A stretch of 52,286 bases of DNA from Paramecium tetraurelia (Eukaryota): the NCBI GenBank assembly GCA_000165425.1, contig CT868656.1, forward strand, positions 310,001 through 362,286, written 5' to 3'. The notes beneath the pieces were generated by a model. That model was not told the DNA's origin and did not search any database. It saw only the letters and a program-made list of their open reading frames with translations. The position numbers and the translations under genes were made by a program. Below, one piece after another: positions 25,270 through 36,612 of the stretch; position 1 is the stretch's first letter, and each line of letters begins with the position of its first letter.

Positions 25270-27000
25270 ATGAATTCCTTTTAAATAAATGGCTTCGTAA
25301 TTCTATTAACATCCTAATAGAATTATGATTAAATTAAAAATATTTTCGATGAACAATTGAATTCTATTTTGAATTTAACAATGGAGCCCAATGATCAAGA
25401 ATCAATCCTATTGAAGTTAATAGAAAAATTTTAAAGGTTAATGGATCAGTTTAATAAAAATAAAAAAAGAAATATATCTGTGGTTTTATTAGTTGGAGTA
25501 ACAGGATCTGGAAAAAGCACTATTTTCAATTTCTTAAGCGGAGCAGATTTTATAATTGATGAAAACAATGAATTGGTTATAAAGAATCCTTCAAATAAGT
25601 TTTCTAAAATGATTGGAGGAATGAACTCTGTCACAAAGGAACCAAACTTTTACCATAATACTTAAAATAATCACTTAATTGTTGATTTTCCTGGATTTCA
25701 AGATACAAATGGGGAATGGGATCAATTATTATTTGAACTTTTATTTTATAAGATTGTTACTTCTGGTCCAATAAAGATTATATATGTGATAAAAACTCCT
25801 GAAAATAGTCTACCTAATAGAGGGTCAGATCTTTAAGAATTTATTAAACAAGTATTCTTAAAAGGAAACGTTAATATCCAACAATTTAATTTATTATTAA
25901 ATTGTTATTTAGAAGATTTATAAGAAGAATAGTTACGAAATAAAATAAAAGATGATCTAAAATATGTTAATTTATCATAATAAATTGATAAAATACTTAT
26001 AGTAAGAAAAGCTAAAAAGAACGATTAATTAAACCAAATTTTCAATCATTAATAACGATAAATTTTATGGTAATAGATAGAATAAATGCAAGCGATTAAA
26101 ATTCTTCCATAAAAACTACCTAAAAGTGAAATTATAAGTGATTACTTGAGATCTACGACATTATAAACAATTGAAAAGTATGGAAATGTGTTATGTGATC
26201 TTTTCGATAACTCATTTACAACATTATCTGAATCATAAAGTCAGAAAACTCAATAATAAATGTAAAAATTATTATAAGTGATCAAAATAGACAATAATGA
26301 ATCCCCTTTGAATTGGTACACTAATTTTATTTCTATTTGTGAAGAATTGACAAAAAATCTTCCAGCTAAATCTAATATTTTAAATTCTAATAATAATTTC
26401 AAAGAGATATTTGTATACTTTTCATAATTTTCTGATCTTATCAAGGGATATGACGAGATGACCATAATGAAGTCTATTGCTCAAGATTAATTAAAAAAAG
26501 TAGAAGAAATAATATATACAAGACTAAAATTTTTAGAAAAAGCATAAAAGGATAGAGCAAAAATTAGTTAGATGGAAAATCAAAAGAATAAATTACAACT
26601 AAGCATGATTAGTTATGAATCTTAAATAAAAAATCTTAGTAATGAATTAGATTAATCAAAAAGCTAAATAAATAAATCAAAAAGTGAAAAAGATAAAATA
26701 GAAAGAGAGAATTAATCATAAATAAGAGAACTTTAAAGATAGTTAGCATTAGCTCGATAATCACACTCTAATATAGATGATGAATAAAAAAATCATTTAC
26801 AAAGGTAGAATTCGGAATATTAAAACAACATTTAAATCTTAAAGTAATAGTTAAGAGAGTATAAATAAAATGAAGAAACAGAAAAATTAAAGAAGAAAGT
26901 ACAAATTTAAAATGAAAAAATTAACACACTGGAGAAAGAAAACGACATATTAAAAAAAAGACCCACTTCATCGAGTAATTCAAGTTGTTAACTAATTTGA
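25270..27000 (+). CDS. P-loop GTPase (AIG1/GIMAP/septin-like clade) with coiled-coil tail and C-terminal CaaX (576 aa, intronless)
   Basis: G1 GVTGSGKS (25495-25518), G2-like SVT, G3 DFPG (25684-25695), long Q/E/K heptads, and the C-terminus SSSNSSCQLI-TGA. Confidence 0.85.
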
Positions 27001-27372
27001 TTTGCTGTTATTTATATTTAAAAAGCAACATATTAAATTTTCAAAAAAAGTCAATTAAATTAAAAATAAACTCCTTAGAATCATGAATAATATTTCATTC
27101 TTGAGGTTGATGACAAAAAACAACAAGTATAGTTTGCTTTTATCAAATCAACAGCCTTTTACTAAAATATTTATAATATGGGATTCGATCATTTAAAGAA
27201 TATTTTAAATAAATAATAAATATGAATAACTGAATCTTTTTATTTTGATAGATTTATAATGAACCAAAATAATGTATGATTTCTTAAATTATTAGCAATT
27301 CTATTTAAATATATTTTATATAAATATTCAATTAATCAAAGCAAATATAAAAATTAGAATTAATATTGCTTA

Positions 27373-28795
27373 ATGTAATAGTAGAAAGGTAAAACCTCCT
27401 TTTAAATGGAATGTTAACGAAAACATTTCATAAAGGATAAGCTATATCATCTTCTTTTAGATGAGAATTGCATTAGAATGTCTGAGGTAAGATAACATTC
27501 ACCTAAAAGAGACAGTCAATTTTGAAGACTCTAAGTATCTCCTTGAATTAAATTTTGAAAATTTAATATATTTGAGGACAGAGCACAGTTTAATAGTTGC
27601 ATTTGGTATAAAGTATAATAAAGCACTCAAATGGTTTCATGCTAACAGCTCTGATCTATAACATCTATACAAATAATTAAGTGGGAAGGTGTTCTTTGGG
27701 AATATTTCATCTATTTATGAGAGCAAAGAAATATTAGGTTCTGGAGCCTCATCAAAAGTGTATAGAGTATGTAATAAATTAACGCATCGAGAATTTGCAT
27801 CGAAATGCATTCGTAAAGACTATATTTATAGGAGAGAAGATAAAGAAAGATATGTAATTATTTATGTTATTTAGAATCGCATGATTTAAGAGATTGAATT
27901 GATGAGAAAATTGGACCATGAAACCATTGTTAAAATGATTGATATTTTCGAAGGAGAAAAGTCATTCTATATCATTCTTGAATTATTATAGGGTGAGTCT
28001 CTGCATTCGTTTTCGAAAAAACACTCATTAACACTAACATAGATTAGATAGATAATAAATGTATTCATTTATTCATATGATAGAGATGCTTATAAGCATT
28101 ATGCTATTTGGACATAAATAACATAATTCATAGGGATTTAAAATTGGAAAACCTAGTATTGAACGAGTAAGGGAAAGTTGAATCCGTAAAGGTTATTGAT
28201 TTTGGTCTTGCAATATACACATCATGTCCTTATAGATAATTGTGTGGAACACCTGGATATATTGCTCCAGAGATGTTTATTGAAAAATATCCATACACAA
28301 CTAAAGTAGACATTTTTAGTTTAGGAGCTATATTCTTTAAACTATTGTGTAGGAAACCCTTATTTAGTGGCAATACAAGTGATGAGATATTAGAAAACAA
28401 TAAAAAGTTTTTGTGCAATAATTATTTAAAAAATTGTTCAGATGAAACTATTGATTTGATAAAATAAATGCTTTAAAGAGATCCTAATAAAAGAATATCA
28501 GCCTCTTAGGCTTTGCAGCATCCATTCTTTGGTGAAAAATTCACTGGTATTGATTTATAAAAGTTTAGGAGAATAAGGAATTGCAGAAGAAAGTCCTCAT
28601 GAAATTGTCAGAATGTTTCCACTTACAAAACCTATGCAAGTCATTAACTCAAATGATAATATTCCTGATATTAAGATTTAAGCTATTCGAGGAAGTTAAT
28701 AAAGCTTTGAGCAAAGTTTGGGATCCAATTATTTTCCATCCTTTGATGACGATATTAATCGAATTAGAAAACAGAGCGATCATATTATTGAATGA
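27373..28795 (+). CDS. Ser/Thr protein kinase, CAMK group, with N-terminal extension (possibly PH-like)
   Basis: Motifs LGSGASSKVY, FASK, HRDLKLEN, DFG, CGTPGYIAPE and DIFSLG. Three tiny introns. Confidence 0.93.
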
Positions 28796-29072
28796 CTTTA
28801 TCAAATCAAAACTTAGAAATCATAATATTTTATAAATTTAATTATGAATAAAAATTTCACTCTATTTTTATTATATGAACATATTAGTAAATAATTTATT
28901 CATATATTTGATAATGTAAATATAGTATGTCAATAATTAGTTTATTTTTAGATTCATAATTAAGTTATGTTACATAAAACTAGTCTAAACATATAGTCTT
29001 AAAGGTATAATCATTATAGAAAGAGTGAATTGTTGTTAAATAATAAATTATCATAAATCAGTAATAATTTTG

Positions 29073-30010
29073 TCATTAATTTACTTAATGTAGGATGAAA
29101 TAGTATTTTAAATGCTGAGGTTTCTTTGTTTTAGTTGTCGAAAGAGAGATTATTAGTTGAATTTTGGTTAGTAAATACACGGTAGAAGAGTTTTAGTAAC
29201 TATTTCAGTTTATCTTATTTGATGACATCTGATAACTGAATTGTCTCTTGAAGTTGCTTAAATTTCTTCTAGAATTCTTTAGGTCTTTGCTGGAGATTCA
29301 TTTGGTGATTATGTGTCAAAATGATGTATAGATTGTTTCGACTAAATGACTTTTTCTTATGTATTTGACTCACTTCTTTGTACACTCTTGAAATTCAATC
29401 TCTTTGGAGGATTGGAAGTTGATTTTTTCTTATCGATTTCCTTTCCCACACAAAAGATCCTTAGATTCGTTTATCTTTTGATGGTGAATTCTAAGGCCAT
29501 TCTTGTTATGTCAATTATATGCTGTAACAAAATCAAAAAAATGGTTTGTTTGCTCTGGTTATATATTTCATTTTATAACTGATCTGCTTTTGATGGAAGA
29601 CCGTAGTATAGATAGAGGTCAGTAACATTTTTAGTGGTTGAAGCCAACGTCGGTTCCAGATTGAGCAACTATATATTATTAAATTCATCTAACCTCAAAA
29701 TTAACTGCTATTATTTTAAGGGTGAATTTCATGGCCTCCTGAAATTGAAGTAGATCATTCTAATTGAGTTTCTTAGCTTAATATAATTGGTTCATGGAAT
29801 CGGTTTCGATTATCTATCTAATCTTCTCCCTATACTCAGAAAATCAAATTTTGGAGCATACTTATTTACTTAATTTGCACTTAGTTGTTCTATAAATTGC
29901 GAATATCTTGTGCTCGTTCTCTTAGCAAGTCCATAACATTCATTATTAAAAAAATTAAATATAAATTAAACACATACCCTCTGCTTAATCTAATATAAAG
30001 AAATGAGCAT
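29073..30010 (-). CDS. Hypothetical protein (5' end uncertain)
   Basis: Long code-6 frame EKIRQIIETDSMNQLY...ILHQVNQ ends at TGA 29073-29075. The most plausible first exon starts at ATG 30010 with a 32-nt intron. Starts near 29943 or 29939 are alternatives. Confidence 0.55.
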
Positions 30011-30042
30011 TGATTTTTAGAATAATTATATTTATTTAATAA

Positions 30043-30328
30043 ATGAGTAGAGGTACTAATCTCTTTGCAGCATCTTCAATATCAGCAATTATTTGGATTA
30101 TTACACTATTCTTATCCACCGGATATGTGAAGTATTTAAAAACTTAAAATTAGTGAAGTTGCTAAATCAATGCCAACATATGCCTTAATTCTTTATTTCT
30201 CTTATGCACTGTTTAAAGTAGGGGGAGACTTGTCACGATTGAAGGATTATCCTGAAGAAGCTGAATCATTACAAAAGGAGGTTGAGGAATCGAAGCGATT
30301 CTACAAAGAGAAGGGATTAAAATTGTGA
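30043..30328 (+). CDS. DPM3: Dolichol-phosphate mannosyltransferase subunit 3
   Basis: Two hydrophobic helices (MPTYALILYFSYALFKVG) followed by DYPEEAESLQKEVEESKRFYKEKGLKL, which fits the DPM3 pattern. One 22-nt intron. Confidence 0.85.
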
Positions 30329-30363
30329 AAAATTAAATACGCATATATATTTTTATAAATTTA

Positions 30364-31036
30364 ATGGATCCCATTCAGAATTACTAACCCAAGCTATCCT
30401 TCTATATAATCAATGAAATACTTAGACTTTTTATAGCCATCCAATTTGTGTTGGTATTTTTTAGGGTTTTTCTGAGAAATTAAGAAACCTTTTTTTTGTC
30501 TGATTGTTTTAATGGTTGTATGATGATACTTACTTATTATCAAAAAGTATGAAACTAATAAACTATTAGAATTATTGCCTTGCATTAGTAACAATGTTTT
30601 ATGACTTCTCATTGATATATTTGAACGTAATATTCTTTTTGTGGTTTGTTGAATATAATTTGCCCTTTTTCATAGATGATAATAAGAACTTCACCCTTAT
30701 GTTGGTATAATTACAAATCAACCTTAGATTTTCTCTACTGTGCTCTATGTTTGTGAATCGATACTGTTATTTCAAGCATATAAGGAGTATAAAGGAATAA
30801 TTTATGACATTAATCAGGCCTAGTTAGAACATGTTGCAGAAGAGTAACCAAATCTAAATGTTGAGATGCCGTCTTCAATATACGAGTAATCATCCTAACT
30901 ACTTAGAAATAATTAATAGTAAAGAGAATAACGAATTGGAAGTTAACATAGTATTGGATATGTTGGAAATGACTAACCAATTTAAGGAAGAATAATTAAC
31001 TAAAGATAAGAAGAGCTTTAATAATAATAGGGATGA
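30364..31036 (+). CDS. Hypothetical multi-pass membrane protein
   Basis: MDPIQNYQPK..., about four hydrophobic segments ending LLFQAYKEYKG, then a polar tail. Two tiny introns. TGA 31034-31036. Confidence 0.7.
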
Positions 31037-32055
31037 TATAACTTTTATTAAAATATTTTTTTTAATTATTTTTAGATCCTAAAATTTAGTTGAAAGATAA
31101 TTATTTTCATATTTAGCAATTTAAATTTAGTAAAATTGATGATTTTGATTTTATAAATTAGTTTAGAAATAATAAGTATGTTGGAAGAAAATTAAAAAAA
31201 TGGTAGAGTTAAAATACATTGTTTCCTCCCATGTAATAAAAAACTTAAAATTTATGCATCCAAATGCAGAGAGTGAATCCTGTATTATGATAATTGAACA
31301 ATAATAGAATTACATAATAATATTAATGGAGAAGATTTCGTTTTTCTCGAATAGGGTTTGGAGTCACACCAAAAATTACATTTTTTTGGACCATTATTCT
31401 AAGTTTATTGGTTGTTTCTTAGTTTCTGTAAGTAGTAAGGGTTGTGTGTGAAAATGGTTAATTTTTTATCATTTAGCATTTACTGTAAGAGGCGAAACAT
31501 TGTATTGCTTAATAAGCAAATTTTTCTTTTGTAAATGAGAATTTTCCATTATACAAGCAAGGGTTTGTTTATAATTCTTTAAAATTTTGATTTACGAAAA
31601 ACGATACTAAGCCTTATGATGATACATTAGAAATAAGGGTATTTATGATTCATTGAATACATGGCTATATTACAGCTAGAAGGAAATAAATCAATAATCA
31701 GAAGTATTGATAAAATTGATCTATTTAATATAAGTGGATTCAGTAGTTTGGAAAATTGATAGATTAGGACAATTTAGAATTTTCATGTGAATGATCAAGA
31801 TATCTAAAATTTAGGATTATTCATATGGAATGTATGAATATGTTGAATAATTTATATTAATACTTTTCATGGAGGCAACAGTGGTAATTTACTAAATAAT
31901 GGTGAATTTTAGCAATGACTTTGAATATTAAAATATAGGATTTGAGTGAATAAGAATGACTTTAGAATTTTAAGTTAAGGTGTATATTATCACTGGTATA
32001 ACAGGGAATAATAAAGAGATATGTGATAAAATTTATTTACACTATTTATATTAAA

Positions 32056-34637
32056 ATGATCCGCCCTCGTTATGAAAGTTCGAAGGACCATCCTTTGTAG
32101 ACAGATGTGGCCTGTTTCTTAATGGTCATTGAGATTCAACGATTGTTAGATGAAAATACTCAATTGAAAGTGGAAATGCAGGAGATCTTGGCGAGACAAC
32201 TCGACAGGGCGAATTATGAACAATAGATTAAAGATCTGATGGAACGTCTTCGTTAACTGCAAGGGTATGTTGGATTTATAATCACTTTAGTTTGGTAGCA
32301 GATCTTACAAAGGAAAATAAGTAGCTTAAATAACGATAAGCTGATTAGGATGCGGAACTAGCAGATTTGAAATAATTTGTTGAAGAAAATAATCTCGAGG
32401 AGAAGTAGGAATAGCAAGAAGCGGTTGCCAAAGAATTAGACGATCTCAAAGATTAATTAGAAAGAGATCAAAAAGATAGGGTATGATATGTGCTTATTTC
32501 ATAGGATGATCAAAAGGCTTTTTATGAAGGTTTGCTTGCAGATAAAGATGATTTGATAGCTGAACTCAGAAGACAATTAAAAGATGCTGATGATAAATTC
32601 AATAATTATCGTCGAGAAAAGGAGTAGATAATTAAGGAGAAAGACTATGATATCAAGAACAAGGAGAGAGAGATCAAGGACTTATTAAGGAGATTAGCTG
32701 AATATGAGGCAAAATTGCAAGGTAAAAGACCTGATGAAATTCAGCGAGATATGGATAGATTAAAAAAGGAATTGGCTGATAAAGACAAGGAGATTGATAA
32801 ATTAAAAAAGAAATTAGGAGATCTAGAAGCTTAATTAGCTCTATTAAAACAATAATTATAGGATGCTAAAGATAAGCTCAAGGATGCTTTGTCTTAATTG
32901 GCAGAGGCAAAGAATTAGGCTAATTAGGCAGCCAAAGACAATGATGCTAAGAATCAAAGGAGAATCAGAGAACTTGAATAGTTGGTTGAGTAATTGAAGG
33001 CTGAAATTGATAGATTAAATGCATTGATAGATAAATTGAATTAAGATGTTGCATCTGGAATTGAAAGAGAAAAACAACTAAATGATAATTTACAAAGTAA
33101 TCTCAATATTCTAAATTAGAACAATTAAGTGATAATGGATCGGTGTCTGCTGCCAAATAGAATAGACAAGCCAAATAAGCAGAGCAAGCTTAATAATAAT
33201 TAACCTAGGCCTCTTAAAAGTTAAAGGATACTGAAAAGGATAACAACGAACTCAAAAAGAAATCGAATGAATTGGATAGATAATTAGAAGAAGCTAGAAA
33301 ATTAATTAAATAATTATAAGACGAGATTGCAGCCTTAAAAGAAAAATTATTATTGGCTTAAACTGAAAATGACGATCTCAGAAATCAATTAAACGACTTA
33401 TAGGATTAATTGACTGAAGCTTTGTTGGATAAGGATTATCTTCAGAAATCTCTCAAAGATTAAGAGGACGAACTCAACAGAGTCAATGATTAAATATAAG
33501 ATTTGAATAATGAGAAAGAATAAGCATAGGCTGCTGCTTTGGAGGCTAAATAATAACTTCAAGATATTGCAGATGAAAAGGCTTAGGAAGATGCTGACAA
33601 AGAAAAGGATTAGGATAGATTAAATGATTTGGAAGATAAGGTAGCTGAACTTGAAGATTAAATTGAAGACTTGGAAAAAACAAGGAATCGTTTACTTAAT
33701 CAAATTCAAGAATTAATTGATAAACTTCATGATGAAAGAGAGTTGTGTGAATATTATCATAAACTCTGTTCTGATTAAGAACATCAAAATAAACTACTAT
33801 AAGATTAAGAAAATAAATTAAAAGAGTAGGTCTAAAAATTGAATAATGATATTGAATAGATGGAAGAAGATCATGAAGAGGCTTAGAAAAGACTAGTTGA
33901 ATTGGCTTCGGAATAAGAAGCTCTTAAGGAATTAGCTGCCTCTAATTCAGATAATGTTATCGATAGATAAGCCTATGATAATTTGTTGAATCAGTTGGAT
34001 GAGAAAAATAAGGAAATAGAGGATTTAAATGAATTATTAAGAAGATATGAATAATAATTCAAAATGTTAAGAGCTGAGTTAGCAAGAGTGAATTTAGCTT
34101 AACTAAAAGAAAAAAAGAATAAATAAGACACTGAAGCACTATTAACAAAAATCATGATTATGTAGGCTGAGAATGAACGTTTACAATAGGCTGCAAAACA
34201 ATTACAATCTCAAGCTGCATCTCCAGAAGTCTTGAAGAGAACTGGAAGTTAAGGTAACGATCCTGCCTAAGGAAAGCTAGAGTCATTATAAAAAGAAAAT
34301 CTTAAACTTGAAGATCAAGTTAGTGAGTATGAAAATAAGATTGCTCTATTGACTATGGAATTAAAGAGGTTGAAAGATTAAAAGTAATTTCATATTTATC
34401 ATCCTTAGGCCTGAAATCCTTCCAATCAAATCTAGTGGTGGTAGCGATGAACAATAACTTTAATTATAAGTTCAATAATTATAATAGCAAGTTCAATAAT
34501 TGTAGAATGGAGGATTATTGTAATCAAATGGATAACCTATATCAAAAGAGGATAGAAGACTATCTGATTTGTTATGCTTAGTGACAATCATGGCTGCTGA
34601 AATAGAGAACCTTAGAAGCCTCGTTGTCTTGCATTGA
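32056..34637 (+). CDS. Long charged coiled-coil protein (ciliate cortical-cytoskeleton-like)
   Basis: Continuous heptads with a recurring hydrophobic motif: CFLMVIEIQRL, IMIMQAENERL, KIALLTMELKRL, LVTIMAAEIENLR. TGA 34635-34637. Confidence 0.85.
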
Positions 34638-34680
34638 GATGAATAAATATAAGATACATTATAATATTTTTGAGTATACC

Positions 34681-35870
34681 TCACTCCTCGTAAAAGAATT
34701 AGGGAACTACTCCCTAATTGATTGTTGTTGAATTATCACTGAATTCTTGGCTGAATGTAGGTTCTTCAAATTGGAATTCATCAGTCTCAAATTTTCCATT
34801 GGCTCCATAATAACTTAAGCAACTTTGATTAGGTGTTAAGGCTATTTCGTAATTTATAGTGAATACCAATAGTATAGGGTTTGTCATATTCAATCTTAAT
34901 TGCCTTTGTGAAATACAATTTACCAATATGATTAACAAATTCCATGTCATTCTTAATAACAAACTTATCTTAGTAAATTAGTTTTTTACTAATTATTAAA
35001 ATGTGATAATACCTATTCAAGTTTGATCCTTCGAATATCTGCACTTAAAAAGTTAACTCCGAATCTGGCCAAGTAGTAATCTCATATAATCCCACACCAG
35101 AAAGCCAAATATCATGTTTCCTTTTAGATCTTAAACAAATGGCATCAGTCTCTTTCAAATTCCATTATTCGTAAGTCAATTGATATCTGTTTTGACTGCT
35201 CAAGATCTTGACTTATTTTTTAATTGGGTTTTGACAAGTTTCAAGTAATTTCTTCAAATCATTCAAACACTAATAAGGAGATACTAAAATTAATTACTTT
35301 CTCTAACCAATATTTACTCTCTCTTTCAATGAGCTCAGCTGTTTTTATGAGTTTTTATGCTTGTTGATTTACTTCGGTATCTCTCAATATCCATAGTTAT
35401 CCATCGCATGTTTTGAGCAGAGGTTCAATCTTCTCAATTGCCTATTCTATCTACACTTTTGTTAATTTTTCCATATTCAACATTGATATTGATTTTTCAA
35501 ATGCATCTCCAACAAATAAATCTGCCTCCAAATCAAGTAACTTAATTTATTTCTCTATTTCTCTTTCTAGTTTGTTGAGGATTTCCTTTATTTCAATTAA
35601 GTTTTATCTAAAGGTTTGTTTAATTTTATGATGTTTTCCAAATATTTCATTCCCCTTATTATGCAATTCTTATTAATTCTTCGGATTATTAGCTTTATTG
35701 AGACTTTGAATGATAGTCTTGAGAGGGAATACATTCTTAACATGGTCTTAATGAGATTTTAACAAACAAAATGAACAGATCAATCCTTTTTGTTGGCAAT
35801 CAACTTCTAAACAAAATAAATTAAGAGGATTATCTAAATGTTCCTTGTCTTCGCAATATAAGGTTTACAT
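34681..35870 (-). CDS. B-box-like zinc finger, coiled coil and C-terminal PHR domain protein
   Basis: N-terminus CEDKEH..LFCLEVDCQQKGLICSFCLLKSHQDH. C-terminus NRYQLTYEQW..DAICLRS..LSGVGLYE..AIKIEYDKPYTI..SYYGANG..NSTTINQGVVPQFFY. Confidence 0.8.
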
Positions 35871-36064
35871 TTTATAATTTAATGTTAAAATAATTAAATA
35901 AAGATAAAGAGACAGATTACACTATGTCTAGATATAGAGATGGATATTGGAATAGCTTGAAGGGTCAAGAAATTACAGAATCTTTAGAGGAAACTAATGG
36001 TTTGAAATGATATAATATAATAATTAAAACTTTTGTAGATAAATATTATTTTATTGAGTGATTT

Positions 36065-36444
36065 ATGAAATTAGTCAGATTTCTTATGAAACTCAAAAAT
36101 GAGTAGGTGATTGTGGAATTGAAGAATGGCACAGTTGTTTTGGGCACAATAACTGGAGTAGATGTAAGAATGAATACTCATTTGAGCAAAGTGAAATTGA
36201 CATTAAAAGGCAAGAATCCTGTAGGATTAGATTAATTAACAATAAGAGGTTTAGAAAACGATAATTAATATGAATAGGAAATAATATAAGATATTTCCAC
36301 TTATCCGAGAATTTATAGATAGACAATCTATTGGTGGATGAATCAATATCTAAATCTAAAAAGGTGAAGGCAGGAATGGAAAAGAATGATCCAAATTTTA
36401 AGAGAAAGAAGAAGAACAAGGTCACTCGTTTACCAAGAAGATGA
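36065..36444 (+). CDS. SNRPD1: Small nuclear ribonucleoprotein Sm D1
   Basis: [40 protein letters not shown]...LTIRGNNIRYF. 29-nt intron at 36249-36277. Confidence 0.95.
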
Positions 36445-36612
36445 ATAAGTATTATATCATACATCAAATAAATATAAAGTTTATATAAGCATTTATTTGC
36501 ATACTCGATTAAGTTTTGATTCAATGCAAATTCATAATAAAAGTACTCAATTTTTAATCATTATTATTGCAATACAAAATGATATTACATAACATAAATT
36601 AATATATAATTC

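Noticed and set aside
31350..31570. GGGTTT/GGGTTG hexamers resembling Paramecium telomeric repeats
   Set aside because: They are isolated single copies, not tandem arrays.
36093..36524. 143-aa minus-strand ORF in the supplied track
   Set aside because: It is antisense to the clearly conserved SmD1 gene.
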